From Naegleria gruberi (Eukaryota): a stretch of 64,000 bases of DNA. The notes below the pieces were generated by a model that did no database searches, was not told where the DNA came from, and saw only the letters and a list, made by a program, of their open reading frames with translations. This document shows positions 34,086-45,610 of the stretch, in pieces. Where the stretch lies: assembly GCA_000004985.1 (NCBI GenBank), contig GG738894.1, one strand, 5' to 3'. Each line of letters begins with the position of its first letter. The first letter of the stretch is position 1. Position numbers and translations under genes: made by a program.

Positions 34086-37000
34086 ATGCCTCAAAGTAGA
34101 ACAATTACACCAAATTTTCCCTCCATCAACATGTTCCTATTTCATCGAGAACCGTACTTTTTAGATTCGAGTGAGGATAAAAATCGTATTCAAATCAACA
34201 ACAAGAACAATAATAGGGATGATGGAGAAGCAAAAACAATATTAAGGATGAGAAGTTTGGATGAAACTGTGCGGGATGATGATACGCATTCTTCTTCAAT
34301 ACATCATCAAGAAGCCTTGGAACATGTTTTTGGTAAGACAAGAACATCTTCCGCTACAACGAGAACAGTATCACAAAATTCAAGGAATACTAATTATTTT
34401 AATGCTAATACAATAGCAAAAAGCGAGAATAACAACAACTACAAGAAAAACCTTATTAATCACCTGATAATATTATTATTAATTACACTCTTAGTTGTAC
34501 TTCCAACCTTTGTAGAGTGCCTACATCCATTCGCCACATACAATTGGAACAATGATGATGAGATTTGGTTTGCTCAGTCGGCACCATTTTCTGGCCCTAG
34601 TAGCACAATTGGGACAGGTAAGTAGTATCAACATGTAAATGTTCTATAGTGAGTACTTTAATTAGAATTGAGAAATGGAATATTAGCTGCTTTTAATGAA
34701 ATCAACTCTGTTGGAGGTATATTCGGAAAGAAGAAGCTGAGATTGATCAGTATGGACGATGGCTATGAACCACCCAATACAGTTCGCAACATTAATAATT
34801 TTCTGAATGGAAACAAGACAATATTTGGATTTATTGGAGTGGTAGGCTCACCCACTATTCTTGCAGCCTATGATTTGGTAGTGTCGTCTGGTCTTCCTCT
34901 GATTGGAAGTTACACAGGAGCTACATTTTTGAGACAGCCCTTTCATGCAAATTTTGTAAACATTAGACCATCATACTATGATGAAACAGCTGCAATTATG
35001 GATGTATTGATTGGAAAAAACATGGCGAGGAAAATATCAGTCCTTCATCAAGATGATCCTTTTGGAATTAATGGATATGAAGGAGTTAAACGTATACTTG
35101 ACCATATGGGAATTCCAATGTGTTCATCAGGAAGTTATCAAAGAAACACACTCAACGTTGAGGATGCATTCTACAAGATTGCAAAGTGTGATCCAGATGC
35201 TATTGTTGTAGTGGCACTGTATGCACCAGCAACAAAATTCATCAAAATGGTTACCAACTCGACCCTTTACCGAAAGGATATTTTATTTGCAGCAACCTCA
35301 ATAGCCAGCGATTTAATTGTAAAGGAGCTAGGCCCTGAAATTGCTCCAAGAGTTCTGTTTTCACAAGTTGCCCCTTCTCCAACAGATACATCCTCGACCC
35401 TTGTTAAATCTTTCATCACCGCAAGGAAATCAATAGATTCTAATTTTACACAAGGTACATTTATTGAAATAGAGGGATATATTGCTGGAAAAATGACGTA
35501 TCACTTGCTCCACAGAATAATTGGATACATGTCCCCCAGTAACATGCTGACTAATCTTTACTATTCACAAGAAGTTATGTTTGACAATTTGAAATTAGGA
35601 CCATTCTCTTCAGTGTCTGTCAAGGATCCTGTTTACCTTATTCAAACAAATTTTTCCACTCAATTTGATTGCAATCAAGGCTCAAAATCAGTTTGGAGGA
35701 CGAAAGCTGATTCTAACTTGAATTTCTATAATTATGCACCTCCATTTTCATGGTACACTTCTGGCACATGTATTTCAACCCCAGGCGATGTCATCAATCC
35801 AATTTTATTAGCACAACTTGTTTATAACAATCTAGGATCTTCTAATACCTATCTCACTAACGGAATTAAAGCCGCCTTATCCACTGCATATGTCCAGGGA
35901 AGACCTATACATCTACTAACTCGCACTTACTCAGATTTCCAATCTCTTATTTCCACCACTCAAGATCTCGTTGAAAACTACTATATTACTGCATTGGTTG
36001 GATCTTCTGGATTGGGAGAAGTTATTAGTTTAAATACTTCCTCTATTGATCTATTCAGAGAGATATTTAAAACATCCTTCCCACATATTCCTCTGATTGG
36101 AAGTGTAGTTGACAATCCGTCAATCATGTCAACAACTGGTTCGTTGTTTATCCCATCCATGGTAAACATTAGAAGTACAATCATTGAGGAAATTGGAACT
36201 TTGCTTCAACATGCATTCAAAAGAGGAGTTACCAGAATATCAATAGTGAACTGTCCTGCATACGTCCATATCAACAAAATTTTCAAACTTTTAATGTCAA
36301 AATTGCAACTAACAATTGAGAGTGAGCATGGATGCTCAGATACCATTCTTTTCGATAGCATCTCGATAAACCCACAAGTGGTTCTAGTAGCATGTGCATC
36401 TGCCATTCTCCCTGGAACTCTTTTAAAGTTGGATGCAAGTAGTAATCTTAGACAAGATGCATTGTTTTTTGTTTTGGAAGAGAAGAAAAAGCTAGTCTTG
36501 TCAAGCCTTGAGAGTGGACCTAAAGGTGTACAAAGACCTATCTTATATAGTTCTTCATTCCCAGATCCAAAAATCTCGGCCGTAACCATTGTTTCAAGAT
36601 TTAAATCAACTACACCGCCTCTAACAGATCTTTCTGGGTATTATTCTTCTGATTTGGCTCTTGAAGGATATTTTATTGGAGAGTTTGTTGGATCAATATT
36701 GGGATCAGTTGCAGATTCAGCACCCTCAATAACAGGTCAGGCAATTATTGACTTTATATACAAAAGTCAACAGATAGTGGTGAGAGACCAAAAGTATGGA
36801 TACTTTATTAGAGACAAGAAAAATTCATTGTGCAATATTGGGTCGAGAACAAGATTTCTATTCCAGATAAGAAATTGTTCAACCTCAATACTATCAACAA
36901 CAGGTTTCCAACAACAATCATGTTGTTTACAATCTGTTTTAGAGGATTCCAGTACCCTCAACTTTAGAAGACCAATGCAGTTCGTTAGATTCAAACCAGG

Positions 37001-39125
37001 AGACACTGAACAACTTACCATCGAAGCAATAGATGATTTTGCAAAAGGAGTAATATCTTTCATTAATGATATTAATACCATGGGGAAATATTCATTTGCC
37101 TTTCAATTTCTTACTCAAACTTTTAATGGATCTTCTGATATTCAAATGTTAGCTAACGATTTAACCTCTAAACAGCAAATATTTGGTGTTATCGCTCCAG
37201 ATGTAGATTATGACATTGAAATGTTTACGAACATTAGTTTACCAATTATCGGCCCCAAAACTGCTAACATGCAATACAGAAATTACAAAAAAAATGTAAT
37301 TAACATCTACCCTTCCTTAATAGATGAAATCTTCAATTTGGTTGAATTTTTCCTAAAATTTAGTGACGCAATTACTATTGTTTATGAGTCCTTGGATGTT
37401 AATAATTATGCTCAACCCCAGGTATTGAAAACTATCCAAAATATAATAACTAACAGACAACTTTCAAGAGTTTCCCTCACTTGTATGACTTGTGTCAGTG
37501 ATCAAGCAGGGTCAGTAATAATTATGGCAGAAACAGAAGAAATCATTCAGTTTATTAGAGCAAATCAGAAGATAATGAACAGAGTTGGTTTGATTTCAGA
37601 AGCATATGAAGAGCATGATGATCTTAAAGAGTTGTTGTCCCTTCATTCGAATGTTTACATGTCCACTATAGTATCCCTCACAACAGAAATGACGGGATTT
37701 GTGGAATCTGAATTCACAAAGCATTTTCAAGTTTCGTTTCCAAACGACGTGCCAACAATAGAGTCTATAGATGGTTTCGTTTCCTTTTTGTTTGTTGAAA
37801 AAGTATTTGAGTCATTCTTAGATAGAATACAACCAAGACAACAACAGGCTTTCATTGACAAGATATATAGTCTCTCTGTTTTAGATATTGGTGACATTAC
37901 TCTTGGAAAGTTCACCAATACCTGCAATCAAGGAACAAGAAGATTGTACGTTAGCAGATTTTCCCTTAGTAACACAAGTGAAGTCATAACAGTCACAGAA
38001 CCAAACAGTCTTTTCACAATTTCAACATGTGGGTATAACTTCCCTTCCCCTGCAGTCATGGATTATCTTTATTATATTCTAATTTCTATATTGGCTATAA
38101 TTTTTTTGATTGTAGCCATGGGAATATCAGGTTTATTAATTTACAGACAGTATAAGGCTAAAAAGTCACACCTTCATGCTCCAAAAGGAGGAGTCATTTC
38201 TTTTGCGTTTACTGATATTCAAAATTCTACTGTATTGTGGCAATACAATGAGAAAGCAATGAAATTAGCTCTTGCTATACATAACAAGATAGTTAGGGAT
38301 AATATTAAGAAATACAGAGGTTACGAAGTCAAAACTCAAGGGGATTCATTCTTTGTTGCTTTTAGAAAGATAGAAGATTGTATTAATTGGGCATTCTCTG
38401 TTCAAAGTGATTTATTGAAAGCAAATTGGCCATCTGATATTATTACACAGTATGATTGTAGACCAGAATTTGAGGAAGGAACAAAAGTTTTGATTTATTC
38501 TGGTTTGAGGGTAAGAATGGGGCTTCATTGTGGTCAAGCTGAATATATTTTTGATAAGACTGTGAAAAGACCAGATTACTTTGGCAACACCATTAACCAG
38601 ACTGCCAGAATTCAAGCTCTTGCAAGAGGAGGAGAAATATTATGTAGTGAGGCCATGTTACAAGAAAGCAAATATTTATTTAAAATTTCTGGCCCAAGTT
38701 TCGAGGAGGAATTGTCGCATCAATCCTTAAACATACCAAGAAGAAGCTCTGAATCCACATTGTCAAAGAAGCGTAGATCAGTTGTTCCTGGATCCAATCC
38801 AATCTATACAGCCGAAGATTTTGGATATTGCTCCCTAAAAGGTATTAAGGAGGAAGTCAGAGTCTTTACACTTAAAAATAATGATATGAAACTTAGAGTT
38901 TTTCCACCTATTGGAAGATACAAAAATATTGAGGAAACATCGAACAATACCTTGCGATCGATTGCTTCCGTTCCAACATTTGAAACATCAAGTATCAATG
39001 GAGATGATATCATTGTGCACATTCCTGATCAAGCATCAGACAACCAAAAGAGCAAACCTGAACGGTTGAACACTCAAGCGATTGAACTTCCAGAGATTAT
39101 GATTTCTGGTGTAGATAATAAATAA
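34086..39125 (+). CDS. Receptor-type class III adenylyl/guanylyl cyclase with tandem extracellular PBP type 1 (Leu/Ile/Val-binding, ANF-receptor-like) domains
   Basis: Exons are 34086-34617 and 34666-39125, separated by a 48-nt GTAAGT..AG intron in phase 1. The N-terminal anchor is LIILLLITLLVVLPTF. The PBP1 signature is LRNGILAAFNEINSVGGIFGKKKLRLISMDDGYEP...GFIGVVGSPT, with further PBP-like blocks downstream. A single TM follows (YILISILAIIFLIVAMGISGLLIY). The cyclase catalytic core is ISFAFTDIQNST...KTQGDSFFVAF...RVRMGLHCG...DYFGNTINQTARI. Confidence 0.92.
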
Positions 39126-39145
39126 AATGGTTTAATGGAAAGAAT

Positions 39146-42100
39146 TTACTCCATTTTCAAAAGTTGACAAAGTCTGTCCAAGTCTGGATGATTTTCCATA
39201 TATGCAACAGTATCTTTTTCAAAGAGAGCAAATAATTCATCATCAACTTCATCGAGTCCCTTATCTCCCAACCCAGGAACATTCAATCTAAAGTATTCAC
39301 ACAAACTCTTTCCTTCCTTAAAGAACTCGAGCTGAGCAGTAGCCATTTTGTGAATTCTATCACTGCTCAATTGTAAGTTTACCACTGAAAGTAGTGTGTT
39401 CAATGTTTGAGAAATACCCTTGAATGCCTTCATGATTGACTTTTTCCTTGGTTTAGTATTAGTTCCTTGTGGACTTAAATTTAAATTGACTTCTTCATCT
39501 CCATCTTCTTCACTATTTTTCCCTGATAATGCTCCTGTTCCCAAACTAACAAAAACAAACTTGTCATGATTAGGGAATATTTGCTTAGCCTCATACATTG
39601 CTAAAATATAATTTTAAAACACAACACTTCTAATTAATACTTACAAAGTTGAATTGGATTATTTGCAACAACTGCACCATCTATAAATTCAGAATCACCA
39701 ATTACTCTTGGCTTGAAGTACATTGGGGCAGCAGAAGTAGCTCTAATAACATCCATAGCTGTAATACCAGCACCTGTGCTAGTACCTCGGTAGAATGATG
39801 GCTGTTTCTTTGATGAGCTTGTTAAAGATGAAGACTCACTTTCCTCTGTGTAGTCATAAGGGTCGCTGTATGTTCTGAAAACAAAGGCTGTTGGCTCATC
39901 CAAGTTCATTTTAGGATTCGAAGATTTGTCCATTGTAGAGACAAGGAATGTAAAAGGTTTCTTTTTGTGAAGAGTATTCAAGTCAACATCTTGAGTAAGA
40001 TTCATTGAGGTCATCTCAAGATGATATCCATCATACCAACTTCTACCTCTGAGGACTTTCATTGTCTTGACAAGAGACTTGTTGTGGGTTGTCTTCAAGT
40101 CAAAAATATTTTTACCAATGTCAATATAATATTCTTTAGCAAGCTTCATTGGAACTCCTCCATTAATAAGCAATGCAACAATTCCACCAGTACTTGTTCC
40201 AGCAACAATGTCAAATATTTCACAAATCTTCTTACCAACTCTTTCTTCAATTACCTTTAAAATCTCAATCAAAATAAGACCCTTCATACCACCACCATCC
40301 ATAGAAAGTACCTTTACAGTTTTGCCTTTCTTTTCCTCTCTGTGTTTGGAAAAGTTGGTAATGATATTGTCATTATCATTTTTCCATATTGGAGATTCTT
40401 CGAGGCCAACTTGTTCATCTTCAATTTTAACGTTAAACAACTTTCTTCTTCTATGAATTCTCTCTTTCAGTAAATCTCTCAAATAGATTGGTTCGGCAAA
40501 GTGAATCTTTGTACCTTCTTTGTGGAAAAATTTACATTTTTGCTTTACAGGATCATACTTCTCTTGCAAATACTTTTCCAACCAAAACTTTCTATCCAAA
40601 GTTTTAAGAATCAAATAATCAAATTTGTATTCCTCCTTAAACTTTGGACACTGCTCAAGAAGAGAATTGATCAAGTTCAATAGGTAAGTGTGGTTCTTGA
40701 TCTCTTGTTTTTGGTGGAACTTTCTGTACTTTTTGAGAATTAATCTCTTTGGAACATAATAAATAAAATTGGTATCTCTATTTCTTTCTTCCTCTATTAA
40801 TAAATCCAAGTAGTCTTCTGGAGTGAAAGGTAAATTTTCTTTGCATGTTGGGGTTGCATCATCAAACTCGTCACCCTCCTTACCTTGTTCGTTTGGAGTA
40901 GCAGGAGATGGTGCTGAGTTTGATACCTTTGCGTGTTCTTTTTCTTCCTTTTCCTCTTTTTCTTTCTTCTTCTTTTCAATATCTCTATATTCTCTATAGT
41001 ATTTCACCAAGGTTTTTGGTAAAACATTCTTACTCTTGAGCTTTTTACCACTTAATTTTTCAATGACTCTTCTAGCAAAGGAAAACGAGTGGTAATTATA
41101 GTAGGAGTATTTCTGTTTGGTATTGTATTCATTGATAATTTGACATGTTGTGTCTAATACTTTGGAAAGTGGTTGTTCAGACAAGTTGAATTCAATTGTA
41201 GGACAGTCAGATAAATCAATCTTATCTGTCGAAAATTGATGGACCAGAGAATCTTCAAGCCAAACATAAATTCTATTAAAAATTTTAACTCCAAATTTGA
41301 TAAAATCTAAATCTCTAATCCATCGATCTGCCATTATTCTAATAGGTTCAAATTTGGTCATGTAGGTATCAATATCCATCATTATAAGTTCAACTTTAAC
41401 ACACTTGATATCAAATTCTGACCCAAAAACTCCAGCAGCATGAGTCAAGTTAAAGCTTTTCACTCTTCTGTGAGCTTTCTTCTTGAGTGGTGATTGCAAG
41501 CTAGGAGTCTTTTTATCTAGGGCGACAACACTACCAGATCTAAGTAAACGAGGAGATACTGGCGAAATTCCTTGGTTATCAAGTTCTTGGAAGGCATTTG
41601 AAGTCACAGGAATAGACCTTGGTGAAAATGCATTAGCTGCCACCAATGGTGAAACTGGAACAAATGGTGAAGCAGAGGGATCAATCATGAATCTAATGTC
41701 ACCATCCCTATTACTAGCCAAAATATCAGTATCTCTCTCAACAGTTGATGGTACACCTGAGGAAATATCGTCTGCTGAATCAAAACGGTTTGTGAGTGTA
41801 ATTTTCTTTGTTGGTGTTTTAAATCCTGGCTCATCAGCAGTGCTGCTGATGATAGAAGCATTCCACAATGTAGCACTATCACTCAATGCCCTACGATGAA
41901 CGTATTGTTCGGAATTATTCTCTGATGAACTTGTTGATGTTACTACTCTTTCCACTTTTCTATTATTTTCTGTACAATTTACTTGTTGGTTTTGAGGGAG
42001 TTCGAGCTGAATTTCATTTGAATCATCTTCCTTAATTGAATTATTTTGTGTATTATCATTATTAATAACGGTTACAGATGACGTTTTTGTCTCATCTTCC

Positions 42101-42150
42101 CCAACTGTCTTGCCTTGCTCCGTAGTACTATGTTGTTGTTGTTGATTCAC
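39146..42150 (-). CDS. Patatin-like phospholipase with a long N-terminal extension (5' end unresolved)
   Basis: Exons are 39645-42150 and 39146-39600, separated by a 44-nt intron (39601-39644, GTAAGT donor); the join reads ...ANNPIQL-S-MYEAKQIF... Patatin motifs are SMDGGGMKG (oxyanion hole), AGTSTGG (nucleophile Ser) and DGAVVANNP (catalytic Asp). The track start at 42150 is GTG. The first in-frame ATG is at 41688, and the frame abuts the upstream ORF; see findings. Confidence 0.88.
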
Positions 42151-43231
42151 CTTGTTCCATCTTGTTTGCCTTATTATTTGTAACGGCTATATTTAAGGCT
42201 GATTGTTGTAGATCCACAGCAAGTGATACGTTTGATGCAAGTGATGGTGTTTTTGAGGTGTTTTTTTGTTTATCCTTGTCAGTAAGACGTCCACCTGCAC
42301 CACCACTAGTATTTGTTGGCGGGAAATTGAGATCCTTATCGTTATTGTTGGTGGTTGATGATGATGTCGATGATGATGATGAATCATTCATACTCTCCTC
42401 ATAGGGAAGAATATAATTTTCATACGGAGTGTAAAAGTAATATTGTTTGCAATAATTTAAATGATCAACTTGATGATGATGATTAGGACTATCATTATGG
42501 GCTGATGATGATGATGAAGCCTTCTTATAGGAACGTGATAAGAATAATTGTTTGGCCTTGAATTCATTATAGACTGTTCCACACATTTCACTGATGAAAC
42601 CATATTGTTGATTCTGCCAAATATTCCTCTTATTATTGGGAAGGATCACTTCATCGAGTTGATTGTGTTGTATCATGTTCGGATAAGTCTCTACCAAATA
42701 TCTGGTAAAATAGACTGGTGATTGGGCAATCTTATTCTTGAGAACATTCAATCGATTAATGTCCTTCTTATGGGCCAGCACAATATCTATATCATGATCT
42801 TCATCATCCTCTTCTTCAATATCATGATCTTCTTCATCTTCTTCTTCTTCGGATGAATCTCTAAAGGCAACCTTCTTATGATGATGATTATTATTATTAG
42901 TAGTAGTAGTAGTACTGGTGATGTTGGAACTATTAGAACTGTTATTACTAAAAATTGTTGGTGCTGTTGGTGTACCTCCTGGTGATTGAACACTAATGTT
43001 GAATAAATTGGCTTCACTATTCGAATTGCTCATTGTTGTGGAGGTGGTAGTAGTACTGGTACTTGTACTAGTAATTGAAGAAGTTGTGGTTGTAATGGAG
43101 GAAGATGATGAAACATGAGGAATTGGTTGATTAAAGGCATCAGCTGAGAGTGGAGTAACTTTGTGTTGTTGCTTGGAAGACGAAGAGGTACTTTCGTCCG
43201 ATTGTTGTTGTGTGTTGTGGAAACTGGTCAT
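42128..43231 (-). CDS. Ser/Thr/Asn-rich acidic hypothetical protein (possibly the true N-terminal part of the patatin gene)
   Basis: ORF of 367 aa with ATG at 43231. Its TAG at 42128-42130 overlaps the start of the patatin frame by 23 nt inside a (CAA)n tract. Confidence 0.5.
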   Translation of the reverse strand: MTSFHNTQQQSDESTSSSSKQQHKVTPLSADAFNQPIPHVSSSSSITTTTSSITSTSTSTTTTSTTMSNSNSEANLFNISVQSPGGTPTAPTIFSNNSSNSSNITSTTTTTNNNNHHHKKVAFRDSSEEEEDEEDHDIEEEDDEDHDIDIVLAHKKDINRLNVLKNKIAQSPVYFTRYLVETYPNMIQHNQLDEVILPNNKRNIWQNQQYGFISEMCGTVYNEFKAKQLFLSRSYKKASSSSSAHNDSPNHHHQVDHLNYCKQYYFYTPYENYILPYEESMNDSSSSSTSSSTTNNNDKDLNFPPTNTSGGAGGRLTDKDKQKNTSKTPSLASNVSLAVDLQQSALNIAVTNNKANKMEQGESTTTT

Positions 43232-43924
43232 GGGTAATGTCAGTTTAAACTGTGGAGGAAAGGGATAATGAAAATGGGTTTCAGTGTGGTTGAATGACCA
43301 GCTCTTTCAACCTAATGAATGGTGTTTCGTACAAAATTGATTCTTTTTTTTTGAGAATGTTTCGTCTACAGTCTAATAGAGTTAGGAGGATGACTGAAGT
43401 AGAAAAGGTGCGTCTTTATGAATTACCGTGAGAGGAGTGAAGGACAACTGAGGTTTGTGCTCAAAAGAGAGTACGGTCTTTTAGGCGTGTGTACTTTTTT
43501 TTCAGTGATGTGAAGAAACCTTTAGAATAAGAATAAGAAGAATCAACAATTATTCATTCAAAATACTCAGGTTCAAGACAGAAAAGCAAAGTAATATAAT
43601 CGACCTATTAATCGTACAAAAAACTGGATCACTTTCATTTGTAATTGTCTCCTTTTTAAATCTGACTTGTGACTTGACTGGGTCTATTTGGTTTGATTCC
43701 ATGTCATGCAATTTTGTAACACAGATATTTATTCCTTGAAGAAAAGTACTACACCAATTGTAATCCATTCCTTTTTCATTTGTATACACTAGAATACTAA
43801 TTGAATTTAATTCACATCTTAAAACTCGCACTCGTGAAACAATTAAAAATTCAAAATAAGCGCTCATGCAGAATTTCCACAAGTTATCTTTAAAATAAAA
43901 AATTTAAACGTTTATTAATCGTAT

Positions 43925-44160
43925 GAACCCGACGGGTTCGTCTTGATGATATTACGAATATTAAATAATAAATTCTTTCTTGTTGGGATTGCTTTGTTCA
44001 TTTCTTGTAACTCTGTGGACACAAATACTTGGCTTGAACACCCTATGCTGGAACCCCGGGTAGTATAGGGTACGGTGACTTAACCCGACGTAAGTATTGC
44101 GGCAACACACTGTGGTCTCAGGGTCAACAGTGTAGTTACTGGGTGGTACGACATTTTTTT
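43925..44160. promoter_or_regulatory. GC-rich island with palindromes and repeated GAACCCG motifs upstream of the PstS-like gene (possible promoter and/or 5'-UTR intron)
   Basis: There is a perfect palindrome GAACCCG-A-CGGGTTC at 43925-43939. AACCCGACG is repeated at 43926-43934 and 44082-44090, and GAACCCCGGG sits at about 44051. Stems CCCTAT..ATAGGG and ACACTGT..ACAGTGT are present. A GTAAGT at 44090 and a T8+GAG at about 44153-44163 could bound a ~75-nt 5'-UTR intron. Confidence 0.35.
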
Positions 44161-44181
44161 TGAGACGCTTTAAAATAAAAA

Positions 44182-45600
44182 ATGAATAGAATGAGTCGGG
44201 CATATTTTCAAATGTGGAGGTGCGAAGGGTTGGGATGTCCTACTACTAATAATCATCAAGCTAGGACGGTGGTATCATCGTCGGGTGGTGAGAAGGATCA
44301 TGATTGGAGGCGCACCAATTCAATATTAAAATTATTTAATCTTTTTGATCGGAATAGTAGCAATAGTAGTGGTGGTTATAAATATTGTAAAAATAATTTT
44401 TCCATGATGATGATAAGTTTTGGAGTGATGATCATGTTGTTAATGTCATTATTGAATAGTACGAGTTTTGTGAATGCTGCTGAAGTGCCATTATTATTGG
44501 GAAGTGGATCTTCACTTGTTGAAGAATTTCATAAAGAAGCAGCAAATTATTTTATTGGATACATGAGAAGAAGTGTCGATGTAATGTATGATGCCTCTGG
44601 ATCGGGGACTGGTGTGAAAAATTTATTTAATTCGAATGGAGTTTATTCATTTGCAGCAACTGATTATGGATTAAAGGCAGCTGACAGAAAAATTAATACA
44701 GATGCAAAAGTGTTGCCAATCATGACAACATATATTTCAATAATTGTATGTAGGATAGCGAAAGAAATTAATATTGAACATAATTAGAGTAATATTGAAG
44801 GATTGAAGGGTGGTTATTCAATTACCTTTTCCCAGGAGGCGCTTGTAGGAATATTTAATGGAACCATTTCCAGATGGAATGACCAAACATTGCAATTGTT
44901 GAATCCATCACTTGCACTCCCAAATACATCAATTTATGTGGTTGTTAGAAATGATTCAAGTGGCACTACTGACATGCTCACTACTGGATTATCATCATTT
45001 TCAAAGGAGTGGGCTTCAACATATGGATCGGGAACTTTAATCAAATGGTCATCCCTCTTATCGAACAGAATAATCTATGCAGAGGATGCCAAAGATGTTT
45101 CTTTCATCATTACTAGCACACCAAACACTATTGGGTACTCTACACCTACTACTTTTGAGCAGCATGCTCCAGCAACTATCAAAACAAAATTAGGAGCTTC
45201 TGTCACTCCCTCATCGAGCTATCTAAAAGGTGTAATAACAAGTGGAATATCATTTAATGAGAATTTTATGCATCCTTCTGTGGTTATAGATAGGCCAGAT
45301 ATTTACCCATTCGTTGGTGTTTCTTATATTGTCTATTTGTCATCCACAATGAATGATTGTGTAAAGGCTACTTATTTGGGCAAGCTTTTGGAATATTATA
45401 CTTCAGATAGAGCTACCAAGATTATTGAGGATGCCGCCTTTTCTTCACTCTTCATTGATGCATCTGTAAAGGAAAGATATATGGGATATTTGAAAAATTT
45501 CACATGTAATGGTAAACCTGTACTGAGTTCCAGTTCCATCACTCAATATTCGATAGCACTTTTAATTTTATTGATTATTCAATTATTATGTATTTTATAA
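44182..45600 (+). CDS. PstS-family (DING-like) phosphate-binding protein, secreted or surface-anchored
   Basis: Exons are 44182 (or 44404)-44745 and 44788-45600, separated by a 42-nt GTATGT..AG intron in phase 0. The signal peptide is best from the ATG at 44404 (MMMISFGVMIMLLMSLLNSTSFVNA). PstS blocks are GSGSS, YDASGSGTGVKNL, FAATD, LVGIFNGTISRWNDQTLQLLNPSLALPNTSIYVVVRNDSSGTT and NTIGY. The C-terminal tail is hydrophobic (YSIALLILLIIQLLCIL). Confidence 0.85.
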
Positions 45601-45610
45601 GTTATATATT

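Noticed and set aside
44040-44100. snRNA-like strings. ATACTTACGTC on the minus strand resembles the U1 5' end ATACTTACCTG. GGGTAGTATAGGG on the plus strand contains the U2 branch-site box GTAGTA.
   Set aside because: No other U1 features (the 70K or U1A loops, a proper Sm site) or U2 features (the 5' stem, correct spacing) could be found. The plus-strand GTAAGT is explained more simply as a splice donor of a 5'-UTR intron of the PstS-like gene.
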